The notes under the pieces: generated by a model
What the model saw: the letters and a program-made list of their open reading frames with translations, nothing else
Database searches by the model: none
What the model was told of the DNA's origin: nothing
Shown here: piece by piece, positions 10,052 through 20,335 of the stretch
Layout: each line of letters opens with the position of its first letter
Position numbering within the stretch: the first letter of the stretch is position 1
Program-made: the position numbers and the translations under genes
Assembly: GCA_963798485.1 (NCBI GenBank)
Contig: CAWCTR010000007.1
Span: forward strand, 320,001 to 384,000
Direction of reading: 5' to 3'
Source: an uncultured delta proteobacterium
Lineage (GTDB): Bacteria; Desulfobacterota; Desulfomonilia; UBA1062
DNA length: 64,000 nt

Positions 10052-11121
10052 TACAGCTCCCTCTGCAGCCAGTGCCTCTCTATGATCCGTGAGATCTCCT
10101 GTGGTGCCGCTACGACGCCGCCGGGCCTGCCGTAAAATTCGCAATCCACCTTGCCCTGGGTGGCAAGGCGCACATCGTCGATCATCTGGCCGGTGCTCAT
10201 TTCAAAGACCAGGAAAAGCTTGGCCTGCTTGGCGAGGCTGGCAAAGGCCTCATCCGGGAAGGGCCACAGCGTAATAGGTCTGATGAGCCCCACCTTCAGA
10301 CCATTGTCCCTGACGCGCTTTACCGCCCCTTTGGCGATCCTGGCAGCCGTGCCATAGGCAACGACGATGAGCTTGGCGTCTTCTATCATGAACTCCTCAT
10401 ACTGGGGGAGGTCCCTTCTCATGAGGTCGTATTTGCGTTTGAGCTTCCAGTTGTGCTCCTCCATGGCCCTCGCATCCAGGATCAGCGATTTAACGATGCG
10501 TGAGGGTCTTCCTGAGGCGCCGTCTAGGATGTAATCCTTGGGAGGAAGCTCGATGTCTTCCCTTTTGTGCATGAGGATGGGCTCCATGATCTGGCCCATC
10601 ATGCCGTCGCCTAAGATCATGACCGGGGAACGGTACATGTCGGCGATGTCAAAGGACTTCATCGTGATGTCATAGAGCTCCTGGACCGTTCCCGGCGCAT
10701 ATACCGGCATGCGGTAGTCGCCGTGTCCGCCTCCCCTTGTGGCCTGGTAGTAGTCACCCTGGCTGGGTGCTATGTTGCCAAGACCAGGACCGCCGCGGTT
10801 GATGTTGACGATGACCGCAGGCAATTCCATGGCCGCAAGGAAGGAGAGCCCCTCCTGTTTGAGGCTGATGCCTGGCGACGACGAACTGGTCATTGCACGT
10901 GCGCCGCTTGCCACTGCACCGAGCACCATGTAGATGGATGCGATCTCGCTTTCTCCCTGGAGAAATACACCGCCCACCTCTTCCATACGCCTGGACATAT
11001 ACTCCGGGATCTCGTTCTGCGGGGTTATGGGGTAGCCGAAGTAACACGAGCATCCTGCCTGGATCGCAGCCTCGGCAAGGGCATCCGTGCCCTTCATCAA
11101 TACCTTTTGGGGATTATCCAC
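10051..11121 (-). CDS. vorB: 2-oxoacid:ferredoxin oxidoreductase alpha subunit (2-ketoisovalerate/VorB-type)
   Basis: GYPITPQNE, ESEIA, SSSPGISLKQEG, RGGPGLGNI. Confidence 0.88.
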   Translation of the reverse strand: MDNPQKVLMKGTDALAEAAIQAGCSCYFGYPITPQNEIPEYMSRRMEEVGGVFLQGESEIASIYMVLGAVASGARAMTSSSSPGISLKQEGLSFLAAMELPAVIVNINRGGPGLGNIAPSQGDYYQATRGGGHGDYRMPVYAPGTVQELYDITMKSFDIADMYRSPVMILGDGMMGQIMEPILMHKREDIELPPKDYILDGASGRPSRIVKSLILDARAMEEHNWKLKRKYDLMRRDLPQYEEFMIEDAKLIVVAYGTAARIAKGAVKRVRDNGLKVGLIRPITLWPFPDEAFASLAKQAKLFLVFEMSTGQMIDDVRLATQGKVDCEFYGRPGGVVAAPQEISRIIERHWLQREL

Positions 11122-11326
11122 GGTACACCTCGATAGCGACTTCCGGGCACATCACGGCGCACAGAGAGCATCCCTTGCAGGTTTCAACAATGAACTCTGC
11201 AGGATGGTAGCCTCTGTGATTGAAGACTTCAGCTATGCGGATTGCCTTTTCAGGACATACGGTGATGCACAGCTCACAACTCTTACAGAGTCCCTGGTCA
11301 ATGGTAATTTTTCCCTTTGCTGCCAT
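11114..11326 (-). CDS. 2[4Fe-4S] ferredoxin-like delta subunit
   Basis: Two CxxCxxCxxxCP motifs. Confidence 0.92.
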   Translation of the reverse strand: MAAKGKITIDQGLCKSCELCITVCPEKAIRIAEVFNHRGYHPAEFIVETCKGCSLCAVMCPEVAIEVYRG

Positions 11327-11417
11327 AGCCTTTCTAATACTCTTCTTTTCGGGATTCGAGATTATTAACATCAAAAAGCTGCGGTGTACAGTAAAGATTT
11401 TCTTGCCTTAATTTCAC

Positions 11418-13157
11418 TCAATTCTGTGCGGCATGAGGTACGAAGGTACTCTGCGGGATCGGGTATGGCGTGCTCCTGGCCTTCGCCAGGGCTTCCAATT
11501 TCAGTGCCTTGGCATTTTTTTCATAATATATCTTCGGCTCATAGGTCCAGCCGTCAGCGAGTCTTCGTTGTTCTCTCTTGATGGAGGTATGTGCAAATAT
11601 CCCTAACAACGGGGCAATGATCCTGGTCTTCCATCCGAACTCTTTGTAGATATCACTCAATAGGGAACCGATCATGTCATGCATGCGCCCATCACCCCTG
11701 TACCATTTTTTCATGGCCCATACTGCTGCGGCATAGGTGGTCTTCAGATACTTTATCTCCCATGCCAGGCGCTTGCGTATGTATGGGTCAGGATGGTTCT
11801 TATGCCTTTTCCAGCCGTTAAGCATGGTGCGTATCATCCTAAAAAGGCTGGGGCCGTTCACCTCGAAGTCGCGGGAAAACGCGCTGCGCAGATATCCGGT
11901 TTCCTTGCCGTCCTTGATATGTTCATGACGGTAATTAAAGCGGTACTGCCCATGATTGTCCGCAGCCGGACGATCGTCTTCACCCAGAATGGTCCCATCA
12001 TTTTTATGCTGATCGTATAAAGGTGTGCCTGGAACGGGCGTGTAGAGCATGAACTGGTGGAAGACCGTATCATGGCTTATGGCATAATCAATAACACTCT
12101 CAATATTTTCAGGGGTATGATTCTCCAGGCCGATAATGGTTGATCCCAGCACGCGGATGCCATGGGACTGCAGCTCCTGCACTAATTCTCTCGTTTCGAC
12201 CCCGCTGAGTTTTGCATAGGTGCTGTCTTCACCTTCCAGGCCCATCCAGGCCCACGAGATGCCCAGGCGGATCAATTGCTCCATGGTGTATGATTTGAGC
12301 ACCCTGGCGGAAGAAAATACGAACAGAGCCCATGACTTGTTTTTTTCCTTCATAAGTTCTAGGAGTTTGAGTGTCCTTTGCCGGTGAAGAAGGAAGTTCT
12401 CATCCATCACGAAAAAGGCGCTTACCTTGAGTTTTGCCTCGATGTCGCACATGACCCTGAAGAGCTCATCCCCGGTTTCATAGAAATTAACGGACTTGCC
12501 TTTGCCTCCAAAAAGGGCGGAGGTGGAACAGAAATTACACCCAATGGGGCATCCTACTGAAGGTATGAGCATCGCTGCGGTGTTTACCGGTTTGTCGGGT
12601 GTGCTGATGCCGAGGATCCGGGTGCCATAGCCGGAAAATACATAGGGGTGCTTTATTGGGGCGTTCTCATCGGCGCCCAGGAATTTTCTGAACCAGCGAA
12701 CCCCTTCACCCTTGCAGATATGGTCGACATCAATAGTATTTTTAAGATCCGGCAGGTTGGCAATATGCCCACCCACGACAATGGTTGCCTTGGGCAGGTA
12801 TGTCCGGATCAGCTCGCACATCTTCTTAACCTTGCCGACATTGGGTATGATGGCGCTGATGCCGACTATGTCGTACGAAGTATCCCTGAGTTCGTCTGTA
12901 AAGCGCTCCAGGCTCGGAAAGTCAAGGAGCGTGCACGGTGCGTCGATATTTTCCTTCAGGAGCATCAAACCGAAAGAACGGTGAAACATGCGTAGCGAAA
13001 AAGGCCCCTGTTCGCGCGTGACCTGGTTATGATAGAGCTCCATGGGGTTGATCTTCCGGCTTCCATACTCATCGTCCCTGGCATAAGGGCCAAAAACGCT
13101 TGCTAACAATATGTTGGCTCGCGAACCGAGCGGATGCACCGGGCTTATTGTTTCCAT
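11418..13157 (-). CDS. Cobalamin-binding radical SAM protein
   Basis: B12-binding domain (DIVGIS...IVVGGH) plus GCPIGCNFC, DENF; RBS before METIS. Confidence 0.88.
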   Translation of the reverse strand: METISPVHPLGSRANILLASVFGPYARDDEYGSRKINPMELYHNQVTREQGPFSLRMFHRSFGLMLLKENIDAPCTLLDFPSLERFTDELRDTSYDIVGISAIIPNVGKVKKMCELIRTYLPKATIVVGGHIANLPDLKNTIDVDHICKGEGVRWFRKFLGADENAPIKHPYVFSGYGTRILGISTPDKPVNTAAMLIPSVGCPIGCNFCSTSALFGGKGKSVNFYETGDELFRVMCDIEAKLKVSAFFVMDENFLLHRQRTLKLLELMKEKNKSWALFVFSSARVLKSYTMEQLIRLGISWAWMGLEGEDSTYAKLSGVETRELVQELQSHGIRVLGSTIIGLENHTPENIESVIDYAISHDTVFHQFMLYTPVPGTPLYDQHKNDGTILGEDDRPAADNHGQYRFNYRHEHIKDGKETGYLRSAFSRDFEVNGPSLFRMIRTMLNGWKRHKNHPDPYIRKRLAWEIKYLKTTYAAAVWAMKKWYRGDGRMHDMIGSLLSDIYKEFGWKTRIIAPLLGIFAHTSIKREQRRLADGWTYEPKIYYEKNAKALKLEALAKARSTPYPIPQSTFVPHAAQN

Positions 13158-13296
13158 TATTGTTCTCCCTTGAGGCATTATGTTAGGGGGTATATCGTCC
13201 AGATCAAGGATATTAACAATCTAATTATGTGATTTCACATTTGAATTACATTTACTTTGCAAATGATTTACAGAACACCCATCGTGGATTCTTTTA

Positions 13297-14013
13297 TCAG
13301 CTGTTTTCGTTGGTGTTGAGGCATGATCCCAGCTTGATACTGTAAGCCCCGCCCCTTGTGACGATGAGGTGGTCGTGCAGGCTGATGCCCACCTGCGAAC
13401 AGATCTCCGTGAGCGCTCGGGTAAGGCGCATGTCCTGTTCGGAGGCATGAAGGGTGCCTGATGGATGGTTATGCACCAGGATCAGGGCAGTGGCGTTGTG
13501 TTTGATGGCCTCCTTGAGGACCTCCCTCGGGTAGACATGCGCCGCATCCACCGTGCCCTCGGCCATGACCTGGGAATGCACAAGCCTGCCTGCTGCATTC
13601 AGGCACAGCAGCATGAACCGTTCTTTTGTGCCGCCCCCGATCTCGGCCCTCACATATGCAGCAACATCCTCAGGTCCGGTGATAACAGGGGAATCATCTT
13701 TTGAGGGTTCCATATAGCGTTTCATGCAGGCCCTAAAAAGCCCGAAGAGTGTTGATGCATGCTCGCCTATGCCATGGATCTCTTCCAGGGTTTCATAAGG
13801 GGCGTCGAGCACGGCCTGGAAGGTGCCGAACCTTTTAAGCAGATACTTGGCAAGGGGCTTGGTGTCTTTCCGTGGCAGTGCATAGCCCAGCAGCAGCTCC
13901 AGGAGCTCATGGTCCAAGAAGGCCTTTCTTCCAGACTTCCTCAGGCGCCCTTTCAGCCGGAGCCTGTGTCCGGCATTAAGGTCACTTTGGTCTTCCCTTC
14001 CTTTAGCGGGCAT
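13297..14013 (-). CDS. radC: RadC family JAB/MPN domain protein
   Basis: GHRLRL, ELLELLL, HNHPSG...SEQD, LHDHLIV. Confidence 0.93.
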   Translation of the reverse strand: MPAKGREDQSDLNAGHRLRLKGRLRKSGRKAFLDHELLELLLGYALPRKDTKPLAKYLLKRFGTFQAVLDAPYETLEEIHGIGEHASTLFGLFRACMKRYMEPSKDDSPVITGPEDVAAYVRAEIGGGTKERFMLLCLNAAGRLVHSQVMAEGTVDAAHVYPREVLKEAIKHNATALILVHNHPSGTLHASEQDMRLTRALTEICSQVGISLHDHLIVTRGGAYSIKLGSCLNTNENS

Positions 14014-15559
14014 ACGTATTCTCCCTGCTGCACTGTGTAGCGTAAAAGGACCACGGCAGGATCTCGCCCTCATCCCTTTGTCTCAGTGCATAGTAATCAG
14101 GGTTGAGGTGCCATTGCTTCAAGAGGCGCTGCCAGGTGGCCTGTTCCTGTTTTGCCATTTCCTCTATGAGCCCCAGGAGCCTCCTGTCACCCCGGGCGAA
14201 AAGCGCCTGCAGAAAGGCCCATTTAGGCCCTTCAAAGGCAACCGTGATGTTGCTTTCACCCTTGAGACCCTTTGCTATCCTCTTGATGCGGCCCTTGGCA
14301 TTGTCTTGCTCAACCATGGGCTCCCGCTCAAAGGGCGTGTGGGGCTTGGGTACAAAGGTATTGATGCTGACACTCACCGTGCCGATTTTCTTATTGCCCC
14401 TTGAGACGTGGATGAAGATCTGGCGGATGCGCTTGATGAGGTCAATGGTCTCATCGAGGTGGGCAAGGGTTTCTCCCGGCAATCCCACCATGAAGTAGAG
14501 CTTGATATCCCGTATTCCCGATGCCACCAGTGACCTGACATCCTCGAAGATGATGGCGTTGGTGATACGCTTACCCATGGCGGACCGTAGTTCCTCAGAA
14601 CCTGTCTCCGGAGCCAAGGTCACACCTTTGACTTCTGAAACGGCCAGGGCCTCTACGAGATCATTGTTGATCATGCCCGGCCTGAGTGAGGGCGGGGCCA
14701 CCTTGAGCCCCCGCTTGTGCGCCTCTTTAAAGATTTCAGCGGCTGCGGGGTGGTTGTTGAGCGAGGTGCTTATCAGTCCGAGTTTATTACGGTGTCTCGC
14801 GGCCTCGTCGAAGATGGGGACCAGCCTTTCGATAGGCGCTGGGCGGTAGGGGGTATAGATTTCACGGGCGCTGCAGAACTTGCAGGAAAAGGGGCACCCC
14901 CGTGCAATCTCCACAAGATACATGTCGCCGAATGCCGTATCCTTTGTGATGATACTGGTGCAGGCGGGTTTATCCAACATGACCGTCAAGGAGAGTTGCG
15001 GCCTTTGGCCAACGAACCCTGCAATGGCCTGCCCTTCATAGAAAGGCCGGGTTCGCGACGGGATATACACACCCTGCACAAGGTTCAATCGATCAAGAAA
15101 TTCGTCATATCCGGCGCTTGCGATATAGGCTTCCTGAAGGAGAGCAGGAAGGGGCTCGCCGTCACCCAGGAAACAGATATCAAAGGCATCCGCTATGGGC
15201 TCGGGATTTGAGGTTATGGCCGCACCACCTGCCATTACGATGGGCTTGCCTCTCCGGTCCCCAGCAGCCACAGGGACGTTGTTCTCCTGAAGGATCTTTA
15301 TGGCCTCGATGTAATCAAGCTCATAGGAGATGGAAAAGGCGATGATATGAAAATCCGTCAGCGGCCTTTCCGATTCAACCGAGCGCTCCCTGTCCGTAAA
15401 GAAACGCTCGCAGAGAATTCCTGGCTGATCATTGAGCAGGCGGTACATGTGCTGAAGTCCGAGGTTCGACATGCCGACCCAGTACGTGTTCGGGTAGACA
15501 AAGGCGATATTAAGCTTGCCCCCCGGGTCTTTGCGTACTGATCCTGTCTCATTCCACAT
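14003..15559 (-). CDS. Radical SAM protein (YgiQ/TIGR03960-like)
   Basis: YPNTY.VGMSNLG, EIARGCPFSCKFC, TLAPETG, KLYFMVGLP, FVPKPHTPF. Confidence 0.88.
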   Translation of the reverse strand: MWNETGSVRKDPGGKLNIAFVYPNTYWVGMSNLGLQHMYRLLNDQPGILCERFFTDRERSVESERPLTDFHIIAFSISYELDYIEAIKILQENNVPVAAGDRRGKPIVMAGGAAITSNPEPIADAFDICFLGDGEPLPALLQEAYIASAGYDEFLDRLNLVQGVYIPSRTRPFYEGQAIAGFVGQRPQLSLTVMLDKPACTSIITKDTAFGDMYLVEIARGCPFSCKFCSAREIYTPYRPAPIERLVPIFDEAARHRNKLGLISTSLNNHPAAAEIFKEAHKRGLKVAPPSLRPGMINNDLVEALAVSEVKGVTLAPETGSEELRSAMGKRITNAIIFEDVRSLVASGIRDIKLYFMVGLPGETLAHLDETIDLIKRIRQIFIHVSRGNKKIGTVSVSINTFVPKPHTPFEREPMVEQDNAKGRIKRIAKGLKGESNITVAFEGPKWAFLQALFARGDRRLLGLIEEMAKQEQATWQRLLKQWHLNPDYYALRQRDEGEILPWSFYATQCSRENTYAR

Positions 15560-16898
15560 CGATACTTAGACTCTTGATCTTCCTGTGCAGATTGCTCCGC
15601 TCAACGCCGATCAAATCGGCGGTCTTGGATATGTTGTTCCCGCATTGTATAAGCTTGCGTTCGATGAAGATCTTCTCGAACTCGGAGCGTGCATCTTTGA
15701 GCTCTACCATATCAAAGATCTTGTCCAATTCGGAAGTTGGTTTAGAGCCGAGCGGCATGATGTCATCGGCCGTTATGGTGTTACCAGGCGTCATGATGAC
15801 AAGGCGCTCGACTATGTTCTTGAGTTCGCGCACATTGCCCGGCCAGTCATGCTGCATGAGTTTCCTGACAGCGCCCTCGGTCATGTTCTTCTTACCCCCC
15901 TTCAATGGAGAGAAGACTTTGAGAAAATGATCAACCAGTTCCGGGATGTCATCCCTGCGGTCAATGAGGCGCGGCACGTTGATGGGGATTACATTGAGCC
16001 GGTAATAAAGGTCCTGCCGGAAGCGGCCCTCCGTGATCTCTTGCTCCAGGTTCTTGTTGGTGGCAGTGAGCACGCGCACATCCACCTGGATGGTCTGGGC
16101 GCCACCGACCCGTTCGAAACGTTGCTCCTGGAGGATGCGTAAAATCTTGGCCTGCGTGGCCAGGCTCATATCGCCGATCTCATCCAGGAAGAGTGTGCCG
16201 TTGTGGGCCAGGTCGAACTTGCCGCGCTTTCGCTCGGCAGCCCCGGTAAAGGCCCCCTTCTCATGGCCGAAGAGCTCGCTTTCGATGAGCTCTTCAGGGA
16301 TGGCGGCGCAGTTCACCTCAACAAAGGGATAGCTTGACCTTTTAGAGTTCTTGTGGACCCTGCGCGCCACCAGCTCTTTCCCCGTTCCGTTCTCTCCAAG
16401 GATGAGGACCCAGGCATCCGTGGGGGAACAGCGGTCGATCTGGTTCTTGAGCTTCATGATGGCAGGAGACGAGCCGATGATCTCATCATCCTTCTCGGTC
16501 TTCTTCTTCAAGAGGGCGTTTTCTTCCTCCAATGCCCGCAAATGGATGGTGTTGTTCAGTGTGATGATGATCTTGTTGAGGTCGAGCGGTTTCTCTATGA
16601 AATCCAGCGCGCCGAGCCGTGTGGCCCGGATGGCGGTCTCGATGGAACCATGGCCTGTCATGATGATGACCGGGATGCTGAATCCGGCATTCTTCATCTC
16701 CTCCAATATCTGGAGCCCGTCCTTGCCGGGCATCCAGATGTCCAACAGAATGAGGTCCACGTCCTGTTTCTCGATAATCTTAAGGGCCTCTTCGCCGGAT
16801 GATGCAAGAAGCGTGTTGTATCCTTCGTCTTCCAGCCCGCCCTTGAGCGAGAGCCTGATGTTGTCTTCATCATCTACAATAAGTATGGTGTTTTTCAT
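15549..16898 (-). CDS. ntrX: Sigma54-dependent response regulator NtrX
   Basis: Receiver LDIWMP, GENGTGKE, GAFTGA, Fis HTH ERSNLHRK; coupled to ntrY. Confidence 0.9.
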   Translation of the reverse strand: MKNTILIVDDEDNIRLSLKGGLEDEGYNTLLASSGEEALKIIEKQDVDLILLDIWMPGKDGLQILEEMKNAGFSIPVIIMTGHGSIETAIRATRLGALDFIEKPLDLNKIIITLNNTIHLRALEEENALLKKKTEKDDEIIGSSPAIMKLKNQIDRCSPTDAWVLILGENGTGKELVARRVHKNSKRSSYPFVEVNCAAIPEELIESELFGHEKGAFTGAAERKRGKFDLAHNGTLFLDEIGDMSLATQAKILRILQEQRFERVGGAQTIQVDVRVLTATNKNLEQEITEGRFRQDLYYRLNVIPINVPRLIDRRDDIPELVDHFLKVFSPLKGGKKNMTEGAVRKLMQHDWPGNVRELKNIVERLVIMTPGNTITADDIMPLGSKPTSELDKIFDMVELKDARSEFEKIFIERKLIQCGNNISKTADLIGVERSNLHRKIKSLSIDVE

Positions 16899-16901
16899 TC
16901 G

Positions 16902-19079
16902 TTACCCCTTAACCGGCAGCTCTATGCTGAAGATGGTGCCTTTCGGCTCGTTGTCTTTGACTCGAATAAATCCGTTATGGTCCGAGATGATCCTGTTCAC
17001 GATCACCAGGCCCAGTCCCGTGCCGCCCTTCTTGGTGGAGAAGTACGGCTCAAACATCCGCTCCTTTACGTTCTTGGGGATACCGGGGCCCGTATCAATA
17101 ATATCCAGCTTTGCAATGTGCACATCCGCGTCATAACTGGTCCTGATGGTAATCTTCTTCACAGGGCTGTTGCTCTCCAGGATGGCAGTAGTAGAATTTT
17201 CCAGAAGATTTGTGACGGCCCTGTTCATCTGGGAGCTGTCGATGTCCACTTTCGGTATCCCCTCATCCAGATCGAGGACATATTCCAAGCTCTGGTGGGC
17301 CTGCCGGTACAGCGCTACGGCATCGGCGACCACCTTGTTTAAGTCCTCTGGTCTCGGCATGGATGTGGGCATCTTTGCAAAGGCGGAAAATTCGTTTACC
17401 AGCCGCTTCATCACATCCACCTCGTTGATGATGACCCTTGTGCACTCGTCAAAGACCCCCGAATCGTCCCCGAGCTTGTCCAGGTATCTGCGCCTGAGCC
17501 TCTGGGCAGAGAGCTGTATGGGGGTGAGCGGGTTTTTCACCTCGTGGGCGATCCTGCGGGCCACCTCGCGCCATGCGGCCATGCGCTGCATGCGTTGGAG
17601 CTGGGTAAGATCATCGAAAAAAAGCACCATGCCGATGCGCTCGAAATTATCGCCATGAAGAACAGAGGCCTGACCGAGCAGCGTAAGCCACTTTCCGTCC
17701 AAGGAAAGGGTAAGCTGTTTCTGGATAGAGGATGTCCTGGTCTTATTAAGCCCTGATATCAGCTCGGTGTAGATGGGCAGATATTCACCCGAGAGAACCT
17801 CATCAACCCCTTTGCCCATGGTCTTTTCCGAAGAGAGTCCGAGCATGGATTCCGCCGAGGGATTGATCCATACAATCTGGTCATCTTTATTGATGTTGAT
17901 CACCCCTGCAGAGATGGTATTGAGGACCGCCAAGATATAGCGGGTTCTCATGGAGATTTCATTGTATGCGCTCTCAAGGTTTCTGCGTGAGTCTTTGAGG
18001 TCATCCACCATGATATTGAAGTCGTCCACCAGTATCCCCAGTTCATCGTTAGCCTTCATCTCGATCTTGAACCCCAGATCGCCCTTGGAGATTTTTTGGG
18101 TGCCTTCCACGAGCTTCTCGATGGGGTTGAGAAGGCCCTTGGCGATATTCAATGCGAACCAGACCGCAGAGAAGATCACCAGCAGGGTCACCGATGTCAG
18201 CAGGATGATGTAATTCGTCTTGAGGGGACCTTTAAGCCTAAGACTCTGGGAATAGTCCTTAAATGAACCCTTGATGAGACTGAGCCTTGCCGAGAGACTC
18301 TCCGGGACATAGTAATCCGCTACAAGGACACCCACGATGTCCTTCGGATTGAAGGACGACTGGATGGGCACGATCCCCTCTATGATGTCCGCCTTGCCCT
18401 TACGCACAACCTGGGACATACCCGTGCCCTGCATGGCGGACCTGACAATGCCGGATTCGGGGCTCGGCATGGCCTCGGCCTGGATGGAAGGCGAGATGAT
18501 CTTCACCAGCTCTTCTCCCTGGGCCGAAAAGACCACCACGGAAGACAGCCGGAACAGGATCATCTTCTCTTCCAGCAATGCCTTGAGAATTTTAAGGTTG
18601 TCTTCCTTCAGTAACCTGCGCTCGGTGATCTCCTTGGAAATAGAGGTGGCATAATGGATGGAATCCACAGAGGCTTCATTATAATAGATGTTTGCCACGT
18701 TCATGGATTCCTCAATAGCGGTTTCCACCTCGGTAGAAAGCCATCCTTCCATGCTCCGGTTCAGGAAGACCACACTGGCAAAGAACAGCAAGGCAGTGGG
18801 TATGGTGGTCAGGGTTACAAAGGCCACCACAAGCTTGGTCCTCAGTCTGGTGCCAAGGACCCCCCTCCTGCGTTCGAGCATGAGCTTTACGACATTGCGG
18901 ATTACCAGGAAGACCACCAGGATGAGCAGAACTACATTGAGGCTGATCACGGTAAATACAACTGCATTGGAAGATGGTACGAGCCCTAGGGTGCTCATGT
19001 TTGTCTTTACAATACTCATGAGGATCATCACGATGATGATGCCCCCTACAATGATCATCTCCTTGGTCTTCTTAGACAT
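16902..19079 (-). CDS. ntrY: Sensor histidine kinase NtrY (HAMP-PAS-HisKA-HATPase)
   Basis: GTRLRTKLV, AWREVARRIAHEVKNPLTPIQLSAQRL, GTGLGL. Confidence 0.92.
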   Translation of the reverse strand: MSKKTKEMIIVGGIIIVMILMSIVKTNMSTLGLVPSSNAVVFTVISLNVVLLILVVFLVIRNVVKLMLERRRGVLGTRLRTKLVVAFVTLTTIPTALLFFASVVFLNRSMEGWLSTEVETAIEESMNVANIYYNEASVDSIHYATSISKEITERRLLKEDNLKILKALLEEKMILFRLSSVVVFSAQGEELVKIISPSIQAEAMPSPESGIVRSAMQGTGMSQVVRKGKADIIEGIVPIQSSFNPKDIVGVLVADYYVPESLSARLSLIKGSFKDYSQSLRLKGPLKTNYIILLTSVTLLVIFSAVWFALNIAKGLLNPIEKLVEGTQKISKGDLGFKIEMKANDELGILVDDFNIMVDDLKDSRRNLESAYNEISMRTRYILAVLNTISAGVININKDDQIVWINPSAESMLGLSSEKTMGKGVDEVLSGEYLPIYTELISGLNKTRTSSIQKQLTLSLDGKWLTLLGQASVLHGDNFERIGMVLFFDDLTQLQRMQRMAAWREVARRIAHEVKNPLTPIQLSAQRLRRRYLDKLGDDSGVFDECTRVIINEVDVMKRLVNEFSAFAKMPTSMPRPEDLNKVVADAVALYRQAHQSLEYVLDLDEGIPKVDIDSSQMNRAVTNLLENSTTAILESNSPVKKITIRTSYDADVHIAKLDIIDTGPGIPKNVKERMFEPYFSTKKGGTGLGLVIVNRIISDHNGFIRVKDNEPKGTIFSIELPVKG

Positions 19080-19083
19080 GTCT

Positions 19084-19902
19084 TTATTCCTGCCCCTGTT
19101 GGCATAGGCCTAAGTAGACCTGTTTCGCAAGACGAATGTGCAAGGTATGGTTTGCCTTTACCGCAATGATTCGAGCTTCAAGCGGCGCACCTAGGGTCCA
19201 CAGATCCCCCAGTATGTCCAGGACCTTGTGGCGGACGAATTCATCGGGAAAACGCAGGCCTTCAAGATTGATGATGCGGTCATGGTCCACCAATACGGCG
19301 TTGTGAAGTCCGCCACCCAGCGCAAGCCCTGCGGCACGCATCATCTCTACGTCCTGTAGCCTTCCGAATGTTCGGGCAGGGGCGATCTGATTTGCATAAT
19401 CCTCACCTCTGTAACTGAACCGCTGAAGCCCTATGGCAGGGTCGGGAAAGTCGATCTCATAGGACAGGCTGAACGGCCCCGGTATGGCCTCGATCCATGC
19501 ATCTCCATCTTCTAAACGTATCGGTGAAGCAAGCACAATGGGGCCTTGCAAAGGGCCTAATGATTCAATACCTGCCTCCTCCAGGAGCCGGACAAAGGGC
19601 AGGGCAGAACCATCCATGGCAGGCATCTCATCGCCTGTCACGTAGATAGCGCAGTCGGTGATAAAAAGACCGGACATGGCGGACATGAGGTGCTCTATGG
19701 TGGATATGGACACAAAATCATCACCAAGGGTGGTGTTCGACCTGGTGTTGATGACATTCATGGGTGTGGCGGGAATCCGTCTCCCGTCTTTGAAGAACAC
19801 AATCCCATCTGAATTCGGCTTCAATCTTAAAGTGATAGCAGCCCCCTTGTGGAGGCCTGTACCCTCGATTATCAGCTCTTTACGAATAGTCCTTCGCTCC
19901 AT
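19084..19902 (-). CDS. lpxC: UDP-3-O-acyl-GlcNAc deacetylase
   Basis: GTGLHKG, TIEHLMSA, MDGSA, IAPARTF, RHKVLD..GDL. Confidence 0.95.
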   Translation of the reverse strand: MERRTIRKELIIEGTGLHKGAAITLRLKPNSDGIVFFKDGRRIPATPMNVINTRSNTTLGDDFVSISTIEHLMSAMSGLFITDCAIYVTGDEMPAMDGSALPFVRLLEEAGIESLGPLQGPIVLASPIRLEDGDAWIEAIPGPFSLSYEIDFPDPAIGLQRFSYRGEDYANQIAPARTFGRLQDVEMMRAAGLALGGGLHNAVLVDHDRIINLEGLRFPDEFVRHKVLDILGDLWTLGAPLEARIIAVKANHTLHIRLAKQVYLGLCQQGQE

Positions 19903-20040
19903 GGCACAACCTAGATTATGTAAGGTGCCCCCATTAGTCAAATCCTATTGTTCCGCTCACGACGAGGTATGCTTACCAAGAGTATGATCCTGATGTGTGC
20001 ATTTGACATGGCTTTATAAAATGCTTTATAGAGCTATACC

Positions 20041-20328
20041 ATGTTCGAACTCAGCCTCCCTCACATACTCATTCTCCTTGCCATTGCCTTGCTCGTCATC
20101 GGGCCGAAGAACCTGCCCGATATTGCAAAGACCCTGGGCAGGATGTTCGGTGAATTCCAGAGGGCTGTAGACGATCTCAAACACGAGATAAAGACCGCAT
20201 CCGACATCAAGCCGGCCAACGAAAGCGAGCAGAAGCCCCCGGAAGAGAAGACCCCTGAGCCTGCAGCAAGCACCGAGAAGGACGCCGCGGCCCCGGACAC
20301 AAAGACCCCGCCCGAGAAGAATTCTTAA
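20041..20328 (+). CDS. tatB: Twin-arginine translocase TatA/TatB subunit
   Basis: N-terminal TM plus GPKNLP, amphipathic helix, adjacent to tatC. Confidence 0.8.
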   Translation: MFELSLPHILILLAIALLVIGPKNLPDIAKTLGRMFGEFQRAVDDLKHEIKTASDIKPANESEQKPPEEKTPEPAASTEKDAAAPDTKTPPEKNS

Positions 20329-20335
20329 AGTATCT

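Noticed and set aside
13297-14013. radC as marker of a mobile or anti-defence element
   Set aside because: Full-length chromosomal type with HhH region, embedded in the lpxC-ntrYX operon
16351-17136. Long antisense ORFs (also 32831-33538, 21894-22724, 20207-20908)
   Set aside because: Shadows of conserved genes on the opposite strand with no recognisable motifs
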